64,000 nt of DNA from Eledone cirrhosa (lineage: Eukaryota), in NCBI GenBank assembly GCA_964016885.1, contig OZ024740.1:8060001-8124000 (forward strand), written 5' to 3'. The first letter of the stretch is position 1; the number at the start of each line of letters is the position of its first letter. Positions 1-12,785 of this stretch are shown one piece after another. Under the pieces are notes generated by a model. That model was not told the origin of the DNA, made no database searches, and saw only the letters and a program-made list of their open reading frames with translations. A program made the position numbers and the translations under genes.

Positions 1-3000
1 CTATTGGTATATCAGTTTCTATTGTTATGTCAGTTTCTATTGGTATATCAGTTTTGATTGGTATATTAGTTTCGATTGGTATGTCAGTTTCTATTGGTAT
101 ATCAGTTTTTATTGGTATGTAAGTTTTGATTGGTATATTAGTTTCGATTGGTATGTCAGTTTCGATTAGTATGTCAATTTCTACTGGTATGTCAGTTTCA
201 ATTAGTATATCAGTTTCTATTGGTATGTCATTTTCGATTGGTATGTCAGTTTCGATTGCTTTGTCAGTTTCGATTGGTATATCAGTTTCGAATGGTATGT
301 CAATCTCGATTGGTATGTCAGTTTCGATTGGTATATCAGCTTCTATTGGTATGTCAGTTTCAATTAGTATATCAGTTTCTATTGGTATGTCAGTTTCTAT
401 TGCTATATCAGTTTCTATTGGTATATCAGTTTCGATTGGTAAATCAGTTTCGATGGTATGTCAGTTTCGATTGGTATGTCAGTTTCTATTGGTATATCAG
501 TTTCGATTGATATATCAGTTTCGATTAGTATGTCAATTTCTACTGGTATGTCAGTTTCAATTAGTATATCAGTTTCTATTGGTATGTCAGTTTCTATTGG
601 TATGTCAGTTTCTATTGGTATATCAGCTGCGATTAGTATATCAGTTTCGATTAGTATGTCAGTTTCTATTGGTATGTCAGTTTCAATTGGAATGTCAGTT
701 TTGATTGGTATATCAGTTTCTATTGGTATGTCAGTTTTTATTATTATATCACTTTCTATTGGTATGACAGTTTCGATTGGTATGTCAGTTTCGATTGGTA
801 TATAAGTTTCTATTGGTATATCAGTTTCCATTGGTATGTCATATTCGATTGGTATGTCAGTATTGATTGGTATATGAGTTTCTACTGATATGTCAGTTTC
901 GATTAGTATATCAGTTTCTATTGGTATGTCAGTTTCTATTGGTATATCAGTTTTGATTGGTATATCAGTTCAGATTGGTATGTCAATTTATATTGGTATA
1001 TCAGTTTTTATTGGTATGTCAGTTGTGATTGGTATATTAGTTTCTATTGGTATGTCAGTTTCTATTGGTATGTCAGTTTCGATTGGTATGTCAGTTTCGA
1101 TTGGTATATCAGCTTCGATTGGTATGTTAGTTTCGATTGGTATGTCAATTTCGATTGGTATATTACTTTCTACTGGTATTGCAGTTTCAATTAATATATC
1201 AGCTTCTATTGGTATGTCAGATTCAATTAGTATATCAGTTTCTATTGGTATGTCAGTTTCGATTGGTATGTTAGTCCTCGAATTGTATGTCAGTTTCTAT
1301 TGGTATATCAGTTTCGATTGGTATGTCAATTTCAATTAGTATATCAGTTTCTATAGGTATGTCAGTTTCTATTGGTATGTCAGTTTCTATTGCTATATCA
1401 GTTTCTATTGGTATATCAGTTTCGATTGGTATGGCAGTTTCGATTAGTATATCAGTTTCTATAGGTATGTCAGTTTCTATTGGTATATCAGTTTCGATTG
1501 GTATATCAGTTTCTATGGTATGTCAGTTTCGTTTGGTATGTCAGTTTCTATTGGTATATCAGTTTCGATTGATATATCCATTTCGATTAGTTTGTCAGTC
1601 TCTACTGGTATGTCAGTTTCGATTAGTATATCAGTTTCTATTGGTATGTCAGTTTCGATTGATATGTCAGTTTCTATTTGTATATCAGTTTCGATTGGTA
1701 TATCAGTTTCTATTGGTATATCAGATTCAATTAGTATATCAGTTTCGATTAGTATGTCAGTTTCTATTGTTATGACAGTTTCGATTGTTATGTCAGTTTC
1801 GATTGGTATATAAGTTTCTATTGGTATATCAGTTTCCATTGTTATGTCACATTCGATTGGAATGTCAGTTTCTATTGGTATATCAGTTTCGATTGGTAGG
1901 TCAGTTTCTATTGGTATATCAGTTTCGATTAGTATATCAGTTTCTATTGGTATGTCTGTTTCTATTGGTATATCAGTTTCGATTGGTATGTCAGTTTCAA
2001 TTGGTATATCAGTTTCAATTGGTATATCAGTTTCGATTGGTATATCAGTTTAGATTGGTATGTAAGTTTCGATTGGGATGTCAGTTTTGATTGGTATATC
2101 AGTTTCTATTGGTATATCAGTTTCTATTGTTATGTCAGTTTCTATTTGTATATCAGTTTTGATTGGTATATTAGTTTCGATTGGTATTTCAGTTTCTATT
2201 GGTATATCAGTTTTTATTGGTATGTAAGTTTTGATTGGTATATTAGTTTCGATTGGTATGTCAGTTTCGATTAGTATGTCAATTTCTACTTGTATGTCAG
2301 TTTCAATTAGTATATCAGTTTCTATTGGTATGTCATTTTCGATTGGTATGTCAGTTTCGATTGGTATATCAGTTTCGATTGATATATCAGTTTCGATTAG
2401 TATGTCAATTTCTACTGGTATGTCAGTTTCAATTAGTATATCAGTTTCTATTGGTAGGTCAGTTTCTATTGGTATGTCAGTTTCTATTGGTATATCAGCT
2501 GTGATTAGTATATCAGTTTCGATTAGTATGTCAGTTTCTATTGGTATGTCAGTTTCAATTGGTATGTCAGTTTTGATTGGTATATCAGTTTCTATTGGTA
2601 TGTCAGTTTTCATTATTATATCAGTTTCTATTGGTATGACAGTTTCGATTGGTATGTCAGTTTTGAGTGGTATATAAGTTTCTATTGGTATATCAGTTTC
2701 CATTGGTATGTCATATTTGATTGGTATGTCAGTTTTGATTGGTATATCAGTTTCTACTGATATGTCAGTTTCGATTAGTATATCAGTTTCTATTGGTATG
2801 TCAGTTTCTATTGGTATATCAGTTTTGATTGGTATATTAGTTTCGATTGGTATGTCAGTTTCTATTGGTATATCAGTTTTTATTGGTATGTAAGTTTTGA
2901 TTGGTATATTAGTTTCGATTGGTATGTCAGTTTCGATTACTATGTCAATTTCTACTGGTATGTCAGTTTCAATTAGTATATCAGTTTCTATTGGTATGTC

Positions 3001-6000
3001 ATTTTCGATTGGTATGTCAGTTTCGATTGCTTTGTCAGTTTCGATTGGTATATCAGTTTCGATTGGTATGTCAATTTATATTGGTATATCAGTTTTTATT
3101 GGTATGTCAGTTGTGATTGGTATATTAGTTTCTATTGGTATGTCAGTTTCGATTGATATGTCAGTTTTGATTGGTATATCAGTTCCGGTTGGTATGTCAG
3201 TTTCGATTGGTATGTCAGTTTCGATTGGTATATCAGCTTCGATTGGTATGTCAGTTTCGATTGGTATGTCAATTTCGATTGGTATATTACTTTCTACTGG
3301 TATTGCAGTTTCAATTAATATATCAGCTTCTATTGGTATGTCAGATTCAATTAGTATATCAGTTTCTATTGGTATGTCAGTTTCGATTGGTATGTTAGTC
3401 CTCGAATTGTATGTCAGTTTCTATTGGTATATCAGTTTCGATTGGTATGTCAATTTCAATTAGTATATCAGTTTCTATAGGTATGTCAGTTTCTATTGGT
3501 ATGTCAGTTTCTATTGCTATATCAGTTTCTATTGGTATATCAGTTTTGATTGGTATGTCAGTTTCGATTAGTATATCAGTTTCTATAGGTATGTCAGTTT
3601 CTATTGGTATATCAGTTTCGATTGGTATATCAGTTTCTATGGTATGTCAGTTTCATTTGGTATGTCAGTTTCTATTGGTATATCAGTTTCGATTGATATA
3701 TCAGTTTCGATTAGTATGTCAGTTTCTACTGGTATGTCAGTTTCGATTAGTATATCAGTTTCTATTGGTATGTCAGTTTCGATTGATATGTCAGTTTCTA
3801 TTTGTATATCAGTTTCGATTGGTATATCAGTTTCTATTGGTATATCAGATTCAATTAGTATATCAGTTTCGATTAGTATGTCAGTTTCTATTGGTATGAC
3901 AGTTTCGATTGTTATGTCAGTTTCGATTGGTATATAAGTTTCTATTGGTATATCAGTTTCCATTGTTATGTCACATTCGATTGGTAAATCAGTTTCGATG
4001 GTATGTCAGTTTCGATTGGTATGTCAGTTTCTATTGGTATATCAGTTTCGATTAGTATGTCAATTTCTACTGGTATGTCAGTTTCAATTAGTATATCAGT
4101 TTCTATTGGTATGTCAGTTTCTATTGGTATGTCAGTTTCTATTGGTATATCAGCTGCGATTAGTATATCAGTTTCGATTAGTATGTCAGTTTCTATTGGT
4201 ATGTCAGTTTCAATTGGTATGTCAGTTTTGATTGGTATATCAGTTTCTATTGGTATGTCAGTTTTTATTATTATATCACTTTCTATTGGTATGACAGTTT
4301 CGATTGGTATGTCAGTTTCGATTGGTATATAAGTTTCTATTGGTATATCAGTTTCCATTGGTATGTCATATTCGATTGGTATGTCAGTTTTGATTGGTAT
4401 ATGAGTTTCTACTGATATGTCAGTTTCGATTAGTATATCAGTTTCTATTGGTATGTCAGTTTCTATTGGTATATCAGTTTTGATTGGTATATCAGTTCCG
4501 ATTGGTATGTCAATTTATATTGGTATATCAGTTTTTATTGGTATGTCAGTTGTGATTGGTATATTAGTTTCTATTGGTATGTCAGTTTCTATTGGTATGT
4601 CAGTTTCGATTGGTATGTCAGTTTCGATTGGTATATCAGCTTCGATTGGTATGTTAGTTTCGATTGGTATGTCAATTTCGATTGGTATATTACTTTCTAC
4701 TGGTATTGCAGATTCAATTAATATATCAGCTTCTATTGGTATGTCAGATTCAATTAGTATATCAGTTTCTATTGTTATGTCAGTTTCGATTGGTATGTTA
4801 GTCCTCGAATTGTATGTCAGTTTCTATTGGTATATCAGTTTCGATTGGTATGTCAATTTCAATTAGTATATCAGTTTCTATAGGTATGTCAGTTTCTATT
4901 GGTATGTCAGTTTCTATTGCTATATCAGTTTCTATTGGTATATCAGTTTCGATTGGTATGGCAGTTTCGATTAGTATATCAGTTTCTATAGGTATGTCAG
5001 TTTCTATTGGTATATCAGTTTCGATTGGTATATCAGTTTCTATGGTATGTCAGTTTCGTTTGGTATGTCAGTTTCTATTGGTATATCAGTTTCGATTGAT
5101 ATATCCATTTCGATTAGTTTGTCAGTCTCTACTGGTATGTCAGTTTCGATTAGTATATCAGTTTCTATTGGTATGTCAGTTTCGATTGATATGTCAGTTT
5201 CTATTTGTATATCAGTTTCGATTGGTATATCAGTTTCTATTGGTATATCAGATTCAATTAGTATATCAGTTTCGATTAGTATGTCAGTTTCTATTGTTAT
5301 GACAGTTTCGATTGTTATGTCAGTTTCGATTGGTATATAAGTTTCTATTGGTATATCAGTTTCCATTGTTATGTCACATTCGATTGGAATGTCAGTTTCT
5401 ATTGGTATATCAGTTTCGATTGGTAGGTCAGTTTCTATTGGTATATCAGTTTCGATTAGTATATCAGTTTCTATTGGTATGTCTGTTTCTATTGGTATAT
5501 CAGTTTCGATTGGTATGTCAGTTTCGATTGGTATGTCAGTTTCAATTGGTATATCAGTTTCGATTGGTATATCAGTTTAGATTGGTATGTAAGTTTCGAT
5601 TGGGATGTCAGTTTTGATTGGTATATCAGTTTCTATTGGTATATCAGTTTCTATTGTTATGTCAGTTTCTATTTGTATATCAGTTTTGATTGGTATATTA
5701 GTTTCGATTGGTATTTCAGTTTCTATTGGTATATCAGTTTTTATTGGTATGTAAGTTTTGATTGGTATATTAGTTTCGATTGGTATGTCAGTTTCGATTA
5801 GTATGTCAATTTCTACTTGTATGTCAGTTTCAATTAGTATATCAGTTTCTATTGGTATGTCATTTTCGATTGGTATGTCAGTTTCGATTGGTATATCAGT
5901 TTCGATTGATATATCAGTTTCGATTAGTATGTCAATTTCTACTGGTATGTCAGTTTCAATTAGTATATCAGTTTCTATTGGTAGGTCAGTTTCTATTGGT

Positions 6001-8444
6001 ATGTCAGTTTCTATTGGTATATCAGCTGCGATTAGTATATCAGTTTCGATTAGTATGTCAGTTTCTATTGGTATGTCAGTTTCAATTGGTATGTCAGTTT
6101 TGATTGGTATATCAGTTTCTATTGGTATGTCAGTTTTCATTATTATATCAGTTTCTATTGGTATGACAGTTTCGATTGGTATGTCAGTTTTGAGTGGTAT
6201 ATAAGTTTCTATTGGTATATCAGTTTCCATTGGTATGTCATATTTGATTGGTATGTCAGTTTTGATTGGTATATCAGTTTCTACTGATATGTCAGTTTCG
6301 ATTAGTATATCAGTTTCTATTGGTATGTCAGTTTCTATTGGTATATCAGTTTTGATTGGTATATTAGTTTCGATTGGTATGTCAGTTTCTATTGGTATAT
6401 CAGTTTTTATTGGTATGTAAGTTTTGATTGGTATATTAGTTTCGATTGGTATGTCAGTTTCGATTACTATGTCAATTTCTACTGGTATGTCAGTTTCAAT
6501 TAGTATATCAGTTTCTATTGGTATGTCATTTTCGATTGGTATGTCAGTTTCGATTGCTTTGTCAGTTTCAATTGGTATATCAGTTTCGATTGGTATGTCA
6601 ATTTATATTGGTATATCAGTTTTTATTGGTATGTCAGTTGTGATTGGTATATTAGTTTCTATTGGTATGTCAGTTTCGATTGATATGTCAGTTTTGATTG
6701 GTATATCAGTTCCGGTTGGTATGTCAGTTTCGATTGGTATGTCAGTTCCGATTGGTATATCAGCTTCGATTGGTATGTCAGTTTCGATTGGTATGTCAAT
6801 TTCGATTGGTATATTACTTTCTACTGGTATTGCAGTTTCAATTAATATATCAGCTTCTATTGGTATGTCAGATTCAATTAGTATATCAGTTTCTATTGGT
6901 ATGTCAGTTTCGATTGGTATGTTAGTCCTCGAATTGTATGTCAGTTTCTATTGGTATATCAGTTTCGATTGGTATGTCAATTTCAATTAGTATATCAGTT
7001 TCTATAGGTATGTCAGTTTCTATTGGTATGTCAGTTTCTATTGCTATATCAGTTTCTATTGGTATATCAGTTTCGATTGGTATGTCAGTTTCGATTAGTA
7101 TATCAGTTTCTATAGGTATGTCAGTTTCTATTGGTATATCAGTTTCGATTGGTATATCAGTTTCTATGGTATGTCAGTTTCATTTGGTATGTCAGTTTCT
7201 ATTGGTATATCAGTTTCGATTGATATATCAGTTTCGATTAGTATGTCAGTTTCTACTGGTATGTCAGTTTCGATTAGTATATCAGTTTCTATTGGTATGT
7301 CAGTTTCGATTGATATGTCAGTTTCTATTTGTATATCAGTTTCGATTGGTATATCAGTTTCGATTGGTATATCAGATTCAATTAGTATATCAGTTTCGAT
7401 TAGTATGTCAGTTTCTATTGGTATGACAGTTTCGATTGTTATGTCAGTTTCGATTGGTATATAAGTTTCTATTGGTATATCAGTTTCCATTGTTATGTCA
7501 CATTCGATTGGAATGTCAGTTTCTATTGGTATATCAGTTTCGATTGGTAGGTCAGTTTCTATTGGTATATCAGTTTCGATTAGTATATCAGTTTCTATTG
7601 GTATGTCTGTTTCTATTGGTATATCAGTTTCGATTGTTATGTCAGTTTCGATTGGTATGTCAGTTTCAATTGGTATATCAGTTTCGATTGGTATATCAGT
7701 TTAGATTGGTATGTAAGTTTCGATTGGGATGTCAGTTTTGATTGGTATATCAGTTTCTATTGGTATATCAGTTTCTATTGGTATATCAGTTTTGATTGGT
7801 ATGTCAATTTCAATTAGTATATCAGTTTCTATAGGTATGTCAGTTTCTATTGGTATGTCAGTTTCTATTGCTATATCAGTTTCTATTAGTATATCAGTTT
7901 CGATTGGTATGTCAGTTTCGATTAGTATATCAGTTTCTATAGGTATGTCAGTTTCAATTGGTATATCAGTTTCGATTGGTATGTCAGTTTCGATTAGTAT
8001 GTTAGTTCCGATTTGTATGTCAGTTTCTATTGGTATATCAGTTTCGATTGGTATATCAGTTTCAATTTGAAAGTCAGTTTCTATTGGTATATCAGTTCCT
8101 ATTGGTATGTCAGTTTCGATTGGTATATCAGTTTCGATTGGTATATCAGTTCCTATTGCAATATCAGTTACTATTGGTATGTCAGTTTCTATTGGTATAT
8201 CAGCTTCGATTAGTATTTTCAGTTTCGATTAGTATGTCCGTTTCTATTGGTATATCAGTTTCGATTGGTATGTCAGTTTCTATTGGTATGTCAGTTTTGA
8301 TCATTATATCAGTTACTATTGGTATGTCAGTTTCGATTGGTATATCAGTTTCGACTGGTATGTCAGTTTCGATTAGTATATCAGTTTCTATTGGTATGTC
8401 AGTTTCTATTGGTATGTCAGTTTTGATTGGTATATCAGTTTCGA
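1..8444 (+). repeat. 18-bp tandem satellite array, forward block 1 (ATTGGTAT[A/G]TCAGTTTC[G/T]); continues past the window start
   Basis: Head-to-tail 18-mers read directly, with point variants and occasional 17/19-bp monomers; the ORF track shows 6-aa periodicity in several frames. Confidence 0.98.
505..7500 (+). repeat. Higher-order tandem duplication, period 3527 bp (two copies), with a nested 2124-bp sub-period; ends approximate
   Basis: Near-identical ORFs offset by exactly 3527 (890/4417, 1287/4814, 2231/5758, 2897/6424, 3644/7171) and by 2124 (1287/3411, 5312/7436); rare variants recur at these offsets. Confidence 0.9.
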
Positions 8445-11400
8445 TAGAAACTGATATACTAATTGAAACTGACATACCAATAGAAACTGATATAGCAATG
8501 GGAACTGATATTCCAATAGAAACTGACATACAAATTGAAACTGATATACCAATCGAAACTGATATACTAATAGAAACTGACATACGAATCGAGGACTAAC
8601 ATACCAATCGAAACTGATATACCAATCGAAACTGACATACCAATAGGAACTGATATACCAATAGAAACTGACATACGAATTGAAACTGATATACCAATAG
8701 AAATTGATATACCAATCAAAACTGATATACCAATCGAAACTGACATTCCAATCGAAACTGACATACCAATAAAACTGATATACTAATCAAAACTGACTTA
8801 CCAATAGACACTAACATACCAATTGAAACTGATATACCAATAGAAACAGACATACCAATCGAAACTGTTATGTCAATCAAAACTGATATACCAATAGAAA
8901 CTGATATACTAGTCTAAACTAATATACCAATCGAAACTGATATACCAATAGAAACTGACATACTATCCTAAACTGATATACCAATCGAAATTGACATACC
9001 AATCGAAACTGACATACCAATCGAAACTTACATACCAATAGAAACTGATATACTAATCGAAACTGACTTACCAATCGAAACTAACCTACCTATAGAAACT
9101 GATATACTAATCGAAACTAATATACCAATCGAAACTGATATACCAATAGAAATTGACATACTTTTCTAAACTGATATACCAATCGAAATTGACATACCAA
9201 TCGAAACTGACATACCAATCGAAACTGACATAACAATAGAAACTGACATACCAATCTAAACTGACATACCAATAGAAACTGATATACTAATCGAAACTGA
9301 CATACCAGTAGAAACTGACATACTAATCGAAACTGATATATCAATCGAAAATGATATACCAATAGAAACTGACATACCAATCGAAATTGACATACCATCG
9401 AAACTGATAAACCAATCAAAACTGATATACCAATAGAAACTGACTTACCAATAGAAAATGATATACTAATCGAAACTGACATACCAATCGAAACTGATAT
9501 ACCAATCGAAACTGACATACCGATCGAAACTGATATACCAATCAAAACTGATGTACCAATCGAAACTGATATATCAATAGAAACTGACATACCAATCGAA
9601 ACTGACATACCAATAGAAAGTGATATACTAATCGAAACTAACATACCAATAGAAACTGACATACTAATCGAAACTGATATACCAATCGAAATTGACATAC
9701 CAATCGAAACTGACATACCAATAGAAACTGACATACTAATCTAAACTGATATACCAATCGAAACTGACATACCAATCGAAACTGATATATCAATCGAAAC
9801 TGATATACCAATAGAAACTGATATACCAATCGAAACTGATATACCAATAGAAACAGATATACCTATAGAAACTGATGTACTAATCGAAACTGACATACCA
9901 ATAAAAACTGATATACTAATTGAAATTGACATACCAATCGAAAATGATATACCAATCAAAACTGACATACCAATCGAAACTGACATACCAATCGAAAGTG
10001 ATATAAGCTATCGAAACTGATATAGCAATAGAAACTGATATACCTATCGAAACTGATATACTAATTGAAATTGACATACCAATAGAAACTGATATACTAA
10101 TTGAAATTGACATACCAATCGAAACTGATATACCAATAGAAACTGATATACTAATTGAAACTGACATACCAATAGAAACTAATATACCTATCAAAATTGA
10201 CATACCAGTCGAAACTGACATACCAATCGAAACTGATATACCAATCAAAACTGACATACCAATCGGAACTGATATACCAATCGGAACTGACATACCAATC
10301 GAAACTGACATACCAATAGAAACTGATATACCAATCGAAACTGACATACCAATCGAAACTGACATACCAATCGAAACTGATATACCAATCAAAACTGATA
10401 TACCAATCGAAACTGATATATCAATTGAAACTGATATACCAATCAAAACTGACATACCAATAGAAAATGATATACCAATAGAAACTGACATACCAATCAA
10501 AACTGATATACCAAGAGAAACTGACATACCAATCAAAACTGATATACCAATAGAAACTGTCATTTGAGGACTAACATACCAATCGAATCTGACATACCAA
10601 TCGAAACTCATGTACCAATCGAAACTGACATACCAATAGAAACTGATATACCAATCAAAACTGATATATCCATAGAAACTGACATAACAATCGAAAATGA
10701 CATTCTAATCGAAACTGACATACCAATAGACACTGATATACTAATCGAAACTGACATACCAGTAGAAACTGACATACCATCGAAACTGATATACCAATCG
10801 AAACTGATATACCAATAGAAACTGACATATACCTATAGAAACTGATGTACTAATCGAAACTGACATACCAATCGAAACTGATATACCAATAGAAACTGAT
10901 ATACTAATTGAAATTGACATACCAATCGAAACTGATATACCAATCGAAACTGACATACCAATCGAAACTGATATAAGCTATCGAAACTGATATAGCAATA
11001 GAAACTGATATACCTATCGAAACTGATATACTAATTGAAATTGACATACTAATAGAAACTGATATACTGATTGAAATTGACATAACAATCGAAACTGATA
11101 TACCAATAGAAACTGACATACCAATCGAAACTGCCATACCAATCGAAACTGATATACCAATCGAAACTGACATACCAATCGTAACTGATATACCAATCGA
11201 AACTGACATACCAATCGAAACTGATATACTCATTGAAACTGACATACCAATAGAAACTTATATACTAATTGAAACTGACATACCAATAGAAACTAATATA
11301 CCTATCGAAATTGACATACCAATCGAAACTGACATACAAATCGAAACTGATATACCAATCAAAACTGACATACCAATCGGAACTGATATACCAATCGAAA

Positions 11401-11729
11401 CTGACATACCAATCGTAACTGATATACCAATCGAAACTGACATACCAATCGAAACTGCCATACCAATCGAAACTGATATACCAATCAAAACTGATATGCC
11501 AATCGAAACTGATATATCAATCGAAACTGATATACCAATCAAAACTGACATACCAATAGAAAATGATATACCAATAGAAACTGACATACCAATCGAAACT
11601 GATATACCAATCGAAACTGATATAGCAATAGAAACTGATATACTAATCGAAAATGACATACCAATTGAAACTGATATACCAATCGAAACTGATATACCAA
11701 TAGATACTGACATACCAATCGAAACTGAT
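8445..11729 (-). repeat. 18-bp satellite, inverted block, part A
   Basis: Monomer reads AT[C/A]GAAACTGA[C/T]ATACCA, the reverse complement of block 1; the switch is at tttcgAT/ATagaaac (8444-8445). Confidence 0.98.
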
Positions 11730-12785
11730 ATCATCATCATCATCATCATCAACGTTTAACGTCCGTGTTCCACGCTTGCATGGGTTTGGACGGGGGTAGT
11801 CCCATTTGAGGCAAGAGTGATTGTCTTGCTCGCATAGGACTGTCTGGCAGGTTTTCTACAGTTGGATGCCCTTCCTAACACCAATCACATTTACAGTGTG
11901 GGTCTGGGAGGTTTTTACCGTGTTGCCTACACGGCCACATTACAGCGTGGACTGTGTGTTTTATTGTCGTGACACATACACGATCTCATTTGTTTCGGCC
12001 TCGATGGCGCGGCACCAACATAACTTTACATAGAACGGGGTGGTGTGGATGGGGTGGGGGTGGTGGTGGTGGGACGGGGTGTATTGTGTTAGAGATGCCT
12101 ACTGGCTGGAGTAGGTTTTACTATATATTTAGTTAAGGCGGGTCTTCTCTGTTACTGAGTACCGCCAAAGGTCTCGGTCCAGTGACATTGTCTTGGAGAG
12201 GTGTAAGTGTGTGATGTCGGAGTTTATCAGCTCGTCCCAGGTTTTTCTAGGTCTGCCTATTCCGTGAGTACTGTCTATCTTTATTGCCCTGCACTTTGTT
12301 ATACAGCTATCGACTTTCATGCGCATCACGTGTCCATACCAACGTAGCCTTCTCTCGAGTAAACAACATCTGATCCCTCTTATCTCTAATTTTTTCCTTA
12401 GTTCGTTTATGCTTTGCCGTTCACGTATATTACTGTTACACATCCAGCGGAGCATGCAAGCTTCGTTCCTCTCTAGTCTGCGTATATCCTCTGCACACAA
12501 TGCCCAGGTCTCACTGCCATGCAGCATTGCTGTTCGTATGCAGGCATCGTACAACCTGCCTTTCATTTTTAGGGAGAACCCTTTAGCAACTAATAGTGGT
12601 ATAAGCTCTCTGAACTTTTTCCAACCAGTTCTGACTCTAGCTACAGTACTTTCAGAGCACCCTCCCCCACTGCTGATTTTATCGCCCAGGTAACGGAAGC
12701 TGTCCACTATTTCTATAGAACCCTCTGCGCAATTGAAAGAGCTAGTATTTTGTGGACACTTGCTGCTACTTATTGCACCAGAACA
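11730..12785 (-). mobile_element. 5'-truncated RTE-like LINE, short copy (~1.05 kb) with (GAT)7 tail
   Basis: Reverse complement of 45118-46151 at ~98% identity by eye, plus one 28-bp indel; (ATC)7 at 11730-11750 on +; satellite on both sides. Confidence 0.95.
12129..12785 (-). pseudogene. C-terminal fragment of the LINE ORF (post-RT region), no native start
   Basis: CSGAISS...IEIVDSFRYLG...MLHGSETW...RLRWYGHVMRM...GRPRKTW...KTRLN*; motifs typical of RTE-clade C-termini. The N-terminal residues of the called ORF (12786-12827) are satellite. Confidence 0.9.

Noticed and set aside
11258-11759. Poly-Met/poly-Ile ORF ends
   Set aside because: These are translations of the (GAT)n tail.
11821-12693. 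ORFs 11821-12033, 11954-12136, 12319-12693 and minus-strand ORFs within 43511-46054
   Set aside because: Antisense shadow ORFs of the LINE with no recognisable motifs.
11730-12785. Short LINE copy as a segmental duplicate of the long copy, or as the cause of the inversion
   Set aside because: Flanking variant strings and 5' ends differ, each copy has its own empty paralogue, and the breakpoints are more than 3 kb from the element.
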